Assembly (NCBI GenBank): GCA_002633005.1
Contig: NMRA01000357.1
Span: 407,075 to 471,074, forward strand
Direction of reading: 5' to 3'
Source of the DNA: Phoronis australis
Lineage: Eukaryota > Animalia > Phoronida
Length of the DNA stretch: 64,000 nucleotides
Made by a program: the position numbers and the translations under genes. The first letter of the stretch is position 1. The number at the start of each line of letters is the position of its first letter. Shown one piece after another: positions 1 through 15,100 of the stretch. Under the pieces are notes generated by a model, which worked only from the letters and a program-made list of their open reading frames with translations, searched no databases and was not told where the DNA came from.

Positions 1-591
1 CCAAGGTATCCATTGGACTAATTTAGCCACGTGCGCATAATAGTTTAAAGCAAGACCATTTACACTGAAGTTCAGCGCCTACACAAATCAATATTTGAAT
101 AAGAGCGAGGTGCTGCCGCAAAAATTCTGCTCATGGGATCAAAACCGACACCCTATACTCTGGCGTATCGTAAGTTCATACTTTTCAAAAAATACGACTC
201 TGGTGGTGCGACCTGCGTTCATATTAGACCCTTCGAAAAACAGCCCCCATGGTTGCACATTACTGTATGGATATAGAAAATGTGAATCTTTGAATATTTC
301 AGCTTTCTGTTAGAACCATAAGTGAGTCCAGCAAAATCTTTAACAAGAGAAAGTAGTAAGCAGACGTGATAGTTGTGAAAGCACTGTGGTAAGATAAATA
401 TATTTGGGGCCAGTTTTACTGAAAATATGCAGCACCGGGTTTGCACCAATTTGTTGTCGACCGTCTTTAATACAACTGCAATTCCGACCAATGGTAAAAC
501 TGGCCCCATGCACATTGGCAGCATATTACATGGAATTTAAGACTGGCCTACTACATAACGCGTGAATTAGTGATGTAATTTTTGTTTTCAG

Positions 592-3500
592 AAAAATCGT
601 GCGATGTGCAGTCTTTTCCTGTCCAAGAAAATTTTGATATGACAAAGGTAATGCTTCAAACTTGAAAATTCGGGGGTTTACATGGATGAACCTAAGTAAA
701 TTACAGGTTCATACTAGAAAAATATGTCTTTAAATAGTATCGACAGACATGAAGCAAAAGGGCGAAAGCTTATGGCACACACTTTCGCTTAAAATTTTCA
801 AAACATCAAGATTGGTTGTTGCCACCCTGTGAAGCGTACATGTACTTGCAGATAAATCTATCGAAAACCAATCAGATGTCTTAGCCGGTTGACCCAGCGG
901 AACCAGAAGTCAGCTAAGTGAACCAAATGTGAAGCACCGACCATTTCTCTAATCTTCCCCTCTGACTCTGGAGATGCAAAAGGCTTAGATTCGCGTTTTT
1001 TGTGGTGATGGCTTTCACCTTTTTGTGGACGCTTTTGTTGTGGCCTGCGACAGAGATAAAAAAGGACCCCCGCCACTAGACCTTTTGCAGATTTCCATAG
1101 CAGACAAATTGGAGAAAATCACCATCTTGTTACATGATCTCGCACATGATCCATAGCCCTCGAAGTGGAAAACCAGCATGAAATCTTACAAATCTTAGGC
1201 AAATTCCCTGCCTGTGCAGTAGCAGGTTAGCACCATGACACCACGAGATGTGAGGCAAAAGTGCACCTTGTTTCTTATCTCTCCAAAGGTATATCTAAGA
1301 CTCGGGTCCTTCAACGTAAGAGTTAAACAATGTTATTTGTGGAGGATGGCTTATCCAAAAACCCGGTGTCAAAGACATGAAGTCTCAGGTCACAGTTATT
1401 ATTTGAGGACCGAGCAAGGTTATCCGCTCTCGCGTCCAACCGGACGCCAGCAAATCAAAAACATCTACCTATCTTTTCAATGAACGTGAAATCTGATAAT
1501 TTTATTACTTTAGATTACAGATGTTGGCAAGTGGTTCATAGTCCAGGAGGGAAATGTGACTGGGAAATGGAGGGCTGATCACGTTGTTTTCACCCCTGAT
1601 GAAAATGGAGAGATTCAGGTGTCATTCCACGATGGGGGAATAACAAACACAAAGCACGCTGTGAAAATATCAAGAGACAAACATAGGTAGATACTGCATG
1701 AAGCTAAACAGAAACATGTGGACTTGTATTATCTATGCAAAGTGCGTCATCGATTTATCAAGTACACAATTCATCAATTGCTTAAACGATGACTTGGTTT
1801 AAGACGGTTTCCGACTTTAACATGATACTAAACTATGTTTTGTTCAAGTTTACCCTCAACATATTGCCACTTGTTATTGTGCAATCTCTACGACACTTTT
1901 TCGTTGTGTCTTGCAGAGTGATCTCGCATGTCGTTCGAGGTAGTTGTTTTCAACAGCCCTCTATTCGTTTGGCCATATAAAGCAATAGCCAAGCTTGGAC
2001 ATTACATAGTCTGTATGCAGTTTCTATTGTCATCGAACCTTTTGAAAGTTTTTTATCGTACGTAACAGAGCAGTGTTTTGTTTCAAAGGGTCAAATAATC
2101 GTACTAATCTTTCTAAAAACACTACAGTCTGCAAATCCAGTATTCCGAAGTGGTTCATGTCATGAAATTAAATGTGCAAATGTGAGATGTGTGTATGTGC
2201 AATGATGTAGGGTGATAGTGAAGTACAACGTGCATGAGAGGCAATAATGTTTAACATGAGAGGAGGGCTCTCTGGAAGTGGCATCTACGTGTAGTGGTAC
2301 TAATGGAGGGATACAAAATGGTATTGGGAATGGCGATGGTGTGATGGACAATTTTATAGAATATAGAAAGTTTGCAAAAGTAGCGGCGGATTTCGAGGGG
2401 TTTGCCAGTTTAATGATTCGGTCATTTCAGTGAGGAGGTATAGTGTTATCTATTGATGGTCAATCTTGCAACTTGTCGTTGCACCATTTCAATCCTACGA
2501 GTCAGTGCTTTTGTGTGAGGTGACCATACTCTTGAACAGTAACCTAGTTTTGGTCGGACTAGAACGGCATAAGCTATTTCCTTGAGTAGTGTAACGAATG
2601 TGTCTTCTACGACAGTCAATGTCTTTACTGGCCGAACCAGCGATTATAACAATAAGTGAATTCCAGAGGAGATTGTTGGAAATAGTAATGCCAACATTTT
2701 AAGCCTCAGACAGAGGTGACAGGTGTGGGCAATGGAGAAAATGGTCTTGGAGGATGGGTTTCTTTTCCGATGCACGTGACGCATATTTCACTTTGATGCA
2801 TTGAACTACAAACCGAACACTGATTCTCAATCATCAAATTTGTTAAAAAACGGTTGGAGTGAGAAGCAGGGTCGTCTTGGGTCTGGATGAAGCGATAAAG
2901 TGTACAGTCTTCTGCAATGAGGGGATAATGTACATGTAAGATATCTTTTGAGGCAGGTCATTGATAAAGAGGAGGAAGATGACTGGTCCATAGTTAGATC
3001 CCTGAGCAGCCCCACAGGGCACAGGGGGGGTTGTCAGATGAGTTGTCCTCTAACAAAAGACACTGAATTACATTGTTGAGAAAGGAGGCATCCCAGTTCT
3101 TTGTGAGGACGCCAACCACAAAGAAACCATTTGTGTTAACAAGTCCAGAGCGAGATATTTTGTAGAAAGCTTTACTATCATACTTAGTGACGTCATCGAA
3201 CTGCATGCCTGAGTTTATATTGAGAAGGAGGTCGTTTGCGAAAGTGAGGAGTTGTGACTTACATGAAATGTTTGGTTTCAAGATGTTTCATACATGGTGA
3301 CTCACTGTGACGTGTTCAAGAATCTTGCAGCATGTACATGTAAGGAATATTGGGCTGTAACTTTTGCTTTGCGTTTTTTTTTCCTTTTTTGAAGACTGGG
3401 GCGAGGTTGGCGTGGTGCCAATCCGCTAGAACCACACCAGATAATAGTTAGGCATTAAAGATATCAGTCAGTAAGGGAGCTATTGGGTTTGATTGTTCCC

Positions 3501-6151
3501 GGAGAACAAAGTGTTTGGACTTCGGGGTTTGTGTGGGTTCTGAATGGGAAGTTGTTTTTCAACTTCATTGATATCATGTGCGCACCCAGGAGGCAAAAAG
3601 GTCCACCCCAGAGAAACAAAAAGTCCCAGGGAAACGAGACGAAAGTCTACAAAAAGGCGCAGACACACAGTTCACAGTACTGAAGATGGTACCCCGTTTT
3701 TTGTTTAGTCATCCAACTTTTGTGTTAACAAAATGTCCACTTGGTCAGAATTCGACTCCCCCCAAACTAAAAGCTGGCTGCGCGCATGGATATCAATGGA
3801 GTGGTTTTATAAGGACTTTCATGTAGGTCTGGAGTTATAGAGCTGTCTTCAGTAGTGAAGACTGAGCAAGATTGATTATTGGAAATTTTTGCTCTGTCGG
3901 ATGGCTAGGTGGAAAGTCGGCCGTTGTTTTGCAACGGGGCCAACTGAGAAGGCTCTCGCCTGGGACTCTTAAAAAATGTAAAAAGACACTTGGGATCGCT
4001 CTTATCTTAAGGGTTGATAATGCTATTGGCGTATTTTCATTTGCTGCTAAGGTTTTGTACTTAATGGGATACTATGTGAGTACCATTGTTTGGGTTGTAA
4101 TTTATTTTGTTTTGGCTCCAGTTACATGTTCATACATACACGTAGGTCTGCATAATACGACGAATAGACAATTAGCTTACCAAGGGGTAAGTCGCCGGAA
4201 GATCTCTTTGGTCACTATTTTAGGCACATCGATGGAAACATTAAAGAAGATTCTCAGCCAGGGGATTATGTGTACATGGACAAGTATCACTCTAGTAAGT
4301 TGACGCGTGTAGACTCGCAGCTAGCACAGGCCTTAACGGCATAATGAACGATCCTGAGCGTCGCAAGGGGGCGCCAGGGGTACAATCATGATTCCAGAAA
4401 AAGAAGTGCATGCGGCAAGCCCCTGTATTAACACTTTAGGGTAACACGAGAGGAAGCCCGGTTTCATTATTCTGACCCTGAATAACCTTACGCCGTGTTA
4501 TGAAACTGGTCGAAACTCGCGTTAGGTTATTTTGAACAATTTTCATGCTCACTACGTAGCAAATTCCAATCCTATACATTCGCTTATGCATTACCATCAA
4601 TACGTAAACTAGGTCATCCGTCAGGTTCTCTGCATAAACTAGGTCGGCGCTTCAAACAGTCCGCCTGCATCAAGCTCAAGGAAGATTTTAGTAGCCCAAA
4701 AATACCACAAGTTCAAAGATATTCAATTAAAAAGGAAAGACGAAACATAACTCTGAAGATACCTGGCCAATATCAAGGGTCACCGCTTGTAAGCAAGTCA
4801 AGGCGATCCTTATCTCGCACTACCAGTCGACTAGTTTTCCCTAATGCAACAGAAAATTCTCATACACTTACTTAACTTGTGATGACTCCTTTCAATTTGA
4901 AACCACCCACAATGCACTAAAACAAACTAATATTAAGTGCAAAACCTTTTTATACTCTCAAATGATTATTCTGAAAATAGTTGCATTGGTTTCCTTACTT
5001 TTAAAGTGTATGCCTTCGACACCGATAGGCTCAAGCGTTAATTTACAGCTGAACGCCGTAGGCCGTGCTCAGTAATCAAAATGGTACATATAAGATAAAC
5101 AGTTAGAATTATGCTGGTGTGAAATTTGTCAGTGATTTAACCAAAAACTTCGAATTAGCTCGACCCACTGATGATAGTATGTGGAATTCAAATACACACA
5201 CAACTGAATGTTAGTCATTTTTCAACCCTTTTTGGTCACCACTTTTCTCAATGGATTTCAAAGAATATATGCGTATAATGTTGATTATACTCCCATCTAT
5301 AGGCGCTATCGGAAATCCCGTCAACCTCTTCGAAGCATTGGCCGTTCAAAGTACGGCACTTCCCGGACCTCAGAGGGCTTTGATTGGATGTTTTGCGTGC
5401 AAAAGCGATTGAACTTTGACCATCACATTGACACCATACAATTCCGCTCAGTGTTCATAAAGTTTTGATGCGAATTTGGTTAAGGCCTTGTGAATGACAT
5501 TTTGCTATCGGCAAATGAGGTCGGGTCAACAAGCAACACGTACATAAGGTCATTTTCTGTGAAGGGAGGAATTTTCACGCATGCGCAAATAGCTGGTTTA
5601 TGGATTTCTGGCAATTGTTTAATTTACAGAAAATGGTGATGATAATACATTAATGCAGTTTTAAGCAAACGGGTGACGTCTGTGTTTGTTTCGATGAAGA
5701 TGCAAAAATAAATACGATAATTATTTCGCATTACATGAAAGCTGTACTCATATTTAGTTAAATGTTTTCATCTAAATCAAATATTTGGGTGCGTCCACCA
5801 AAAGAATGCACACATTACAAACAGTGAACGGAGTATTGTACAGACGGTCATGATCTGGTAGTTAAGAAGTGGGTCCTTTTGTTTTCAAACACATGAATGC
5901 ACCCAAGTCAGAAACCACTTTTCCTAACATATTTTCTTTTATTTTTGCAGCGCAAATGCGATTCATCTGGACGGACTACGAAACAGCGTTGGTGTACGAG
6001 AAATTGTTGTCGGAAAAGTCAGGCGAACACAAGATCGGTAGTGCGGCCGTTTATTGGATAAGCAAGATTACGGAACTGTCAAACGGAAGCATTCATGCAA
6101 TTGAAGGGCCCACGGAAGAATTGTACAAATTCCTTTGCATTGACGACAAAG
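592..6151 (+). CDS. Lipocalin module 1 (exons 592-647, 1514-1686, 4224-4294, 5951-6151)
   Basis: KSCDVQSFPVQENFDMTK|ITDVGKWFIVQEGNVTGKWRADHVVF...|HIDGNIKEDSQPGDYVYMDKYHS|QMRFIWTDYETALVYE...VYWISK...FLCIDDK. Has lipocalin SCR1 (NFD..GxW) and SCR2 (TDY) motifs; intron phases 0,2,1. Confidence 0.9.
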
Positions 6152-9100
6152 GTATGGAAAACACAATAAGAGGACCCAATATATATGCTATCTGACGCAC
6201 GATACCACCGAATGAAAGCTAGTTTGATCACGTTAGACATGCTCCACAAGGTTGTTAAACCGTGGAACACAATTTTGCCAAAATATTAATCTCGTACCTG
6301 TGGTGATTGCGAGGACTGAATGAAGCAAAATACAGCACCAGTTCCTAACCAAGTTATTTAATAAAAGAAATCGGCAGCATATGCAAAAATGACAACATTT
6401 TCCACTCATTTCGTACTCTCGACGCCATATTGTCGCTGAGTTATACTACCGTAAAATGATGTCGTGATTTGTGAAAAGATATAAACGACCTAATTTGTAC
6501 TTGAATGCCATAGGTTGATTTAGAAACGGAACCGACCCACGAGATCTTCATCTGACAGAACCGGAAACAAGCGCTTTGTAGCCAAAAATGGCATTCTTGT
6601 CGAAATTAAGTCAAGATTGTAAAGTAATGCTATTGCAACTTACCCAACTAACTGTTTATTTTAAAATGCATTGGATTTTTCGGGCAAGTTGTCACAATCT
6701 CTACGAAAGGCGTGGAGCAATACCTGTTGAGAATTTGTTTAACTGGAAGTGAAACGTGTTCTAGTCGAAAAGCAAGAAACAATCGTACACTGTATGTCGT
6801 TGTTGCGTCAACGTGAGGACTAGTTAAATGTGCTGATTTATAGGTAGCAATTGGTTACCCATTGCCTATATTGGGTTGAATGCATGCATTAGTTGTCCTC
6901 ATGTCGACGACACACGTGTTACCAATAAATCATAACGTAATCTGTAGCAGTATATGATACCAAATTTTCTATGTGTTTATTGAGACTCACCAGTGTCCTC
7001 CTTTACATTTGATCAGACACAGAATGCAACCCCAACGTGACGATGATACAAGAAAACTTTGACATCGAAAAGGTACGAGAGTTCTCGGGAGAGTGTCTTT
7101 GTTTTTAACGTATTAAGGTTTCATTCATACATGTACACATGGTAACATTTCGGAATCAGTGCTGCCTGCTCTCCCTGAAAAAGATGTTTTGACTAAAAAC
7201 TCCACAATGTGTTTAACAATTGGCTAAAACATATATCACTTCTACAGGGTGCGACCAGAAAGCAGGCCCTAAGTTAGAAAAAAATTCACTAAAAATTTCG
7301 TTGGATGTCTGCGTTGACTTCTTATGAGCTCCCAAATCAACCAGCACATCTTACAGTGCGCCTACAGCCAAATGACGTCACCGATGGTGATGGCACCTGA
7401 TGGCCATTTTGCGCACTTTAAGTACCTCGTAAGACGGCACATAGAATGCTCTTGTGGACTTTGGTTTATACTGCTAATACACTTTTTGATCACACTTCCT
7501 ATGTGATGTTTCATAGCAAACCCACATGTGAACCTGGTAGTACTCTGAAACATTGTAGCAGCAAAAATAGCCAACAATTCGGAAAATTACAGTATTTTGT
7601 TACATAAACCTGGAAGATCTCCACAAAGGATTTGTGATAAGTGTGAAGTACGATGTAGCAGCCAGAGAAAAAAGTCTTTCTTTAAATGGCGCTTTTCTAA
7701 TGCATCCATTTCTGTAAAAAAGGAGTTTGGAATTCCATACAAGTCGGAATATTGGATTTGGTTAAAGATGAATGTTTAACCTATCGATACCAATGTTTTA
7801 GTTTATGACGGGTGAAAACTGGTACATTGTCAAAGAAGAAGGCGTACATCGGGTGGGAAAATGGAAAGCTGACCATGTCTTATTTACCAGGAACGACGAA
7901 GGTCTGATAGGCATGTCCTTCCATGACGGCGGTCTTCTGTCAGACGATGACGTTGAGGAAAAGGAACACAGGTAAATAAGTAAACTCGACCTTGTACAGT
8001 TTTTTTTTCAATTCACTCTGATGAAGTACGTCATATCAGACAACCATGATTAAACAGCGAAATCTGGCAAGTAAGTTGGAGGCCAGGCTAAACAGCGTAT
8101 AGACGCAACAAACGCGTAAAACGCAAGATCACGAAATTACTCCAGACACAATGGTACGCATTAGAGCTGACCAAAATGGTCAAACTAGCGATTTTCACGA
8201 GTGACCAGCGTTTAAGGATTAGGTGCCAGTTGCCTTCGATGGCTTACTGTGCGCATGCCCAGAGAAAGAGAAAGAATACCAGAAAATGTGTCTCATGATT
8301 GATTCGTCTGAGTCGGATTGCGTCGTTGTAAAAGGACTGCATATTGCATGTATATAATCGAACCTAACTTCTAGACCTTCGCTGAATAATGGGTCCGTAT
8401 GTTGGCATTCAAAACACCTAGCATGGACATTGACCCTGACAGAAGGTCTTTGCCACGACAAGGGGACAGTGAATGAAGACCAGTCGTTCACTCGGTTGTT
8501 CTGAGCGACTAATTATGTACCTTTGAGTTAATCAGAGTGGAGTCCAGGGCATCTGTGGCTGGTTGCATGAAACAGTCCTAAGTAGGGACTAAACTAAGTT
8601 CCCTAAATCTACTGCGTATTTGTGGACTTGGGAAAACACTGTCTGATTGTCCTTTACTATGCTGTTTTAATTTCATCACTATAAAAATTTTTGGCTTTGA
8701 TGCAAATCGAGAGTGAACCTCGACCTTGAATTCTCAATATTATTGAAAATGCATAGGGATCTTTACGTGCAACATTCTTAACTCGTACGTACAAACATCG
8801 TCACCATTTTCCTGTTTCCAGACATATAGATGGACATTTTGCTGTCGGGCAACAGCCAGGAGACTACCACTACGTTGACAGTACACACTCAAGTAAGGTT
8901 TCATTGCTGTTGCACAACCTAACTTGTTCGTTTCTTCCAACACTCGTGCATGAAGTTGTGTTACCCTTTAACAGCCTTTGGTACTACATTCAGAAATGAA
9001 CCTACTACCAACCGCCTTCTTCAAAAGTCAACCTGAGAGTCTGAGATTATTCCTTATCGGTATTAATACGCTTGTTTAGCAGGGTCTACGCACATGTCCG

Positions 9101-12100
9101 TGTAGAATTTCATTTCAAACGCTTATATTCTGGTTCCTCTTGGAATATTCTCAGTACTTCGTTTCTCTGCCGTGCCGTAGCGACTAAACTGAATGCCGCT
9201 TTGTACTGTTTTTCAGCTCACATGCGATTCGTCTGGACCGATTACTCGAGCGCTTTAGTTTACGAGCAGCTCTTGTCTGAGGCAAATGGAAGTCGTCTAT
9301 CGGCTAACGTTGGAGACAGCGCCGTCTATCATCTGAGTAAGACGTTGCGGGTACCCGAGGAGGAAAGTAAAACTGTCGGGGAGGTCAAAGATCAACTGTA
9401 CCCTCAACTTTGCTTGAAGCGTCCTCGTACGTTATTTTTTAGATCATTCGCGTGCGTTACTCGTTTTGATTATTTATTGGAATACGCATAACAACTGTGG
9501 GAATTATGAAGGCACCATTTCAAAGCAATTGTTCATAATTTCTCTTACTTGCAAGCTTTCACTTCATTTTCACATCGTTCTTTAAAAAAGCAATTGAAGC
9601 TTCTCTTAACTTTGATACCATTTTGATCTGCTCTAATGGCTTCTGTCGAATTTTTAATAACACACCCCTAAAATACTTTAATTGACGCTGGAATGGATTA
9701 TGTCTCTTGATCACAAAATACCATTAAGCCAAACATAAATTAGATTTTTTTTCAGAAAAGAGCAACGGGCATCAGGTACCCACCCTTGAGACGTCCAACA
9801 CAGGTAAGGTAGTGTTCAATACTGTCTTTTTTCATTAGATATGTACACGTAAATGCACGCATAAAATTAGTCTTTAAAATGTTTTGGCAACAAGAGATGC
9901 TTCGCATGCATATATCAAAAGCACTTCGGAAGGGACTAAAGCCTTACCAGGTGCAATTTTCGGTACAACTTGTGTATTTGAATTTTAGGAAAATGCAATG
10001 CGTCGAATCAGGTAGCGGGCAATTTCACCATGCATAAGGTAAGTTACCTGCGTACAATTGAACTGTGAACATTTCAGAGCTGAGATTGATTGCGTCAAAG
10101 CAGTGTAATCGGTTTTACGATCGACGCAATTTTGGGACTATTGCAGATGTGATAAACTCTTTGAAGTTTGAGTTATATTTGACCAGAGCTAATAGCTACA
10201 GAATACTTTGTGTTTGAGCGATTTTAAACAAATCCCCATTTTACGCCATTTTCTGCCAGCCATTCACTGAAATCGAGGCACCTGACCTTTGCTAGTTGAG
10301 TACACTTCAAGTACTCTTTCATTTTTCTAGAAGGGTTTACTGTGTTTATCCGCCTGCATAGTGTTGAACTGGAACCGCTGGTTTTATGAATTTGATTCCG
10401 TGTTAGGGCTGATCTCAAACAAATGCTTTTCTCGCCGATAAAACCACTATAAGCAGGGGTTGCCTGCTGTATGATGTGACATGGTAATGCTACGAATAAA
10501 GAAGTCATTGACACAATCCACTGTTATTGCTTGTAACAAGGATTGGCCCAAGGAAAACATGTATGCAGTAGTTGAGACCGTTGGACGAATTTCCGTTCTA
10601 GTGATACAGGGCTCCATTTCATGAAAGTTTAATCACAAATTTCATTGTTGGCGTGATGACAGCAGTTTTGTTATGGTGTTAGTTAAGACTAAAATAGTTT
10701 TGTGAAATGGGGACCAGGTTGCACAGTACGTAAGATCTTACTGAAAAGACGGTCTATTTAGTCATGTATCTAATAAGCTATAAATTTTAGTTCAATAAGG
10801 TACATGTACGTATTTGCTGAAGGTTGAGATAAATATAATTTTGAATTTTATCTATATGCTCTAAACCGGGTCTCTTGCCAATGTCTATTACAAACATTTA
10901 GCAGTGATAACAAAACAACGGCATCAACAACATGGCCTGATGTTGTTGATATAAATGTTTAACGTGAAACCTCAAAAAATCTTACAATTTTCTAAATTAC
11001 CATTTCCTCTTTTTGTGAGTTTTTGAATAGTTTTTGATAACCCTTCACACAAAAGTAGAATAATTTACAAACAATTACTAGCTTTGAAGACGCTGCATAA
11101 TTTTCTGAAAGTTCCATATAGTCTAGACGCATTTCCTGAAAAGAGCCCTATATAAGATTCTAGAAGCACTTTTAGTAAAAGTTGGGAACAAGACTTTTTC
11201 ACACAATCAAGGTATGGCGAACTCAACTAACCCTGTTCCCAAGCCGAATTTTGCATTTTTTTGACCATCTAATTTGCATAAACAAAATGGCGGCCAAATT
11301 GTCAAGTTCAGATGTATTTTTGTAATAGAAATCACCAGATACCATTTAAAATGGTGAAATGTCTCACCTGTACACTTCTTATAAGCACTTCTTGAGCAAT
11401 ACATCACTTATGAATACTGAAAATGCAACTCTGAAAACTAATTATGCAAATTAGGTGCCGCCATTACCATACAATGTAATTTGCGTCTTAAGTTTGTGTT
11501 CCTGCAGGCTAACTTGAAAAATGAGTTGTTTATACTTATATTTTCATGGTCAAAAAACATGCTAAAGACATTTTTGGAGCAATTTATTTCATATTTATTG
11601 GGTTATAGATGTATACTTACAGAATGGGGAAAAAATAGTCATTAATCTGCAATGCTCGTCAAGCAAGGTGTCACTAGTTTGATGGAATATAAGGACAAAT
11701 GTTCACACTATCCCGTTATCTTCCATTCATAAAAAATCAATATAGTTATTGTTATTGAAGACATTAAATTCTCAGTTGCATGAATCATTTTCAGGCCTGC
11801 TGAACACAATTTTAGCATTCACTTTTTGGTACTTTTTAACATGCCTAAAGCCAGGCAAATCAAACTGTTTGCATACAAGGAACATGCTGGTGGCATGAGC
11901 ATAATGATATGCATTGTCTGCTGTTGCGCTGTTTCTGGCATGCACACAATACCATCTCCAGGCAGCTGTCTGGGATAGAACTCTGTGTCATCAGTATGGG
12001 CTGCAAGCATAAGTTTGTGTGTCCCTCCCATATCAGAGGGTGCTGGGAGCTTAGGTATGGAGGACTTCTGGGTTCACGGGGTTGGAGAATAGTAAATGGC

Positions 12101-15100
12101 GTGCTACATCTACAGGCCGTGTTGTATATTCTGCAGACAAATACTTCTGAAGCCATCGTAATTTGTTCAGTGATTTCACCTATGCAGGGGTTCTTAAGCA
12201 ATCTGTGATGCTCTAGGAACACCTTCCATGATGATTGTTTCATGTGATTGGCAAAGTACGAGTTGGTGCCAAATCCGGTCACGGCATGAAAAGCAAACAA
12301 GGATGTTGCTGAGTCTCTTAGTAGTTTGTTGAAAAGTGCTTCAATAGGTATATATCGTCATTTCTTTGATGTGCTTGACATCATGTAGATATGCTCACTT
12401 TGCATTTGTTGGAAGTGAGATACCAGAAGCAATAGAACATCGGGTGTCCCTGGAAATACGACTGACGGTGGACAGCATGCAGTACCAGTCTTGCATCTGC
12501 TTCTTCATGTGTAGATTTCAGAGTCCTCAAATCAGTCATAACCTTAGATGATTTAATTTACTTGCAGCTCATCGTTGAACCCTCCTGCAACCATAAACTC
12601 TTTATCTTCAGGCATCTTCAAACACAATTCCTCTGACAGGAAATGTGCTAGGTCTTCTTTATTCTCAGTCAGTGCCCGAAAATTTGACCAGTTTTGAGGA
12701 AGAGGTACACCACGGCCTTCCAAAAATCACCTGATTTTCTGTATTCCTTTACTACGCTGTTTTCCTGTTGTGTATTTCATAGCTTCTTGTCTGTATCTGT
12801 CAAATACAATGTCGATTTTATGATATCGAAATCCTGTGTTTAGCACTGTTTTCATGAATGAATCAGCCAGGTTCTCGAAGGTCACATCACCATCAACCTT
12901 CCCAAGGGCTACCAGCAATGCCATCAAAAATGAGGAAAGCGGGCGAGCCATGAAGTTGAATTCTTTTAGGACAGTCGATGTGTTAACTATTAAGAGACAG
13001 TCCATATAAAAACCAGTAGATTTTCAAAAATCAGTCTATACGTCAAAATTTAAAACAACTTCATTTTTTGTACATGGGTAGGTATCCTAACATAAACCCA
13101 AATGCCAAATTTTGTGCACTCAATGACCCCTAATTTCGCCGCTGGAGCATAACACAAATTGGCACAATTGGGCATATTAGCCGTCTCAAAAATCGCATGT
13201 TTTCAGCAACAAAAATGAGTAACATACAAAATAGATCAAAAGCTATATTTTGGTGGCTGAAATAACCAACGTATATTGTACATAATTCTGTGCCATTTAT
13301 TAAAATCTGACAGTTTTGTGCTAGACAGGGGAGATAATCCACAGACCACTTTTTGGGGCTAATTTTAGTGGCCATTTTTGTGACCTTCTTACTGCCATAA
13401 AACACCTTGTAGCCTTATGTGACGTTTTGAACATACAGTTACAGAGTTAGTCTTGATGACTGAGCAATAAAAAATCTTGCCTCAACTTTGCAACTTAGTG
13501 AAAATTGTCTTGCAAAACTGTCTATTTTCATAGTTTGGAAATGACGAGCAGAATTTACAGACCATTTGAACAAACTTTTAGGCAGTAAGTCTGCTTTAAA
13601 TAAAATAGTTATAGAAACCAAGTCTAAACTCTTTCAAATGAAAACAAGATGTTTTCCGGGTTTATTACGCGGCTAGTATCAAAACTCAACCCGATGACCT
13701 TTGCCCACTGAGAGAGTCAGTTGAGGTTAAGCTTGAGGATATATAAAAAATGTACGTGTAACCCTCTTGTATTCTTTCATTTCTTTTACATTATCAGGTT
13801 AATTTAAAAACTCTGTAGAAATTTTAAATGGAAATAAATGCCTTTAAGATTAAACGAGTAAGAATTGATATTTGTAATGACTGGTTTTGAAAGAAGCAAG
13901 TGCATTTTAAAATGACAAAATGGCGGACGATGTCGATGGGTCTTCATGTTCCTTTAGAGTTTATTCAGCAAAAAGCCGATCACAAAAGCTTTGTGCTTTA
14001 GTGTGTTATGTCAAAGACACCACTGAACATTTGAGATACAGGAAACTACCTCACAAAGCAAGGCCTGTGCCAGAGTACGGACTCGTACTACCCAGAGTCG
14101 GTGAATTTCTGACTGAACAGGACCAGTCATGGATGAGTCAGGTAATGCTGGATGTTACCACTCTGCTCCTCTCCTCCTGAACGTAGCAGCCTTGTCAAAT
14201 TCTACCGGCATTTCTGTTTCGAGATATGACTTTAGTGAAAGTCAGAATGGAAAGGATCTCTGTGATCGCAAGATCGCTCCACTAAAACAACATGCAAAAT
14301 GCTTTGTAGCCGAAGGTAACAATATCATAAACTTTCTGGATTTGAAAGAAGCATTACTTTCCAGTGGCCGTGTGAAGGGATGTTATTTGTATGCATGTTC
14401 AGTCAATGCAACAAAGTCTTTTCCAAAATACCCAGTTCCTGGTATAAGCACATTCCCAAATTCCCACTATTCCACCCAAGGAATTCGCGTGTGAAATCAT
14501 TCCATGTAGGTGACGGTAAGTTATTACAAATACTGAGAAAATGGGAAACCTATTTCTCTAAAATACACTAACATCTCTCTGAGACATGGCGGATTTTCAA
14601 CACCAAGAGTTAAGGTTGGCATTGTATCTAGTGAAGAGCCTCAACAAAAGTTCCCTTGTACCCAGCAAGGTTACTCGAAATGTTTTGCTACAGACGCAGA
14701 ACTAGGTGAGCATTTGGATGTGGGTAACCACACTGAACATTTACAGAGGGAAACCACGTATGACCACATCGCACGAAAGTGGTCAGAAATGCTTTCAGAT
14801 GCAAGAACCGGAGCGTCATTTGAGATAGCCTCAGAGTACTATTTGGATGAGACGAATGCTGAAGCAATAGGTTAGGCATTGAAAAAAGGTAAAAGGTAAA
14901 CAATTTTTTCAGCAAAGGTTAAGAACTTTCTGACGAACATATTCGATGAAGGAGATAAGTCAGGTAAAAACGTTCACCCTCGGAAGTGCCAAAATGGAGA
15001 AAATATTACGAGAACCTACTGGTAAAGTGTTTACCTGTGATATTAAGTGAATCGCAGATTGGTGGATTTTTTGGAGGTTGTCTGCAGCAATGTTTATGAC

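Noticed and set aside
1918-1980. Candidate exon after strong acceptor CTTGCAG in module 1
   Set aside because: It hits a TAA in the required frame and lacks homology to the third-exon class; 4224-4294 fits instead.
3872-4303. 143-aa ORF as a membrane protein
   Set aside because: The real exon (4224-4294) is read in a different frame; the rest is intronic with no recognisable motif.
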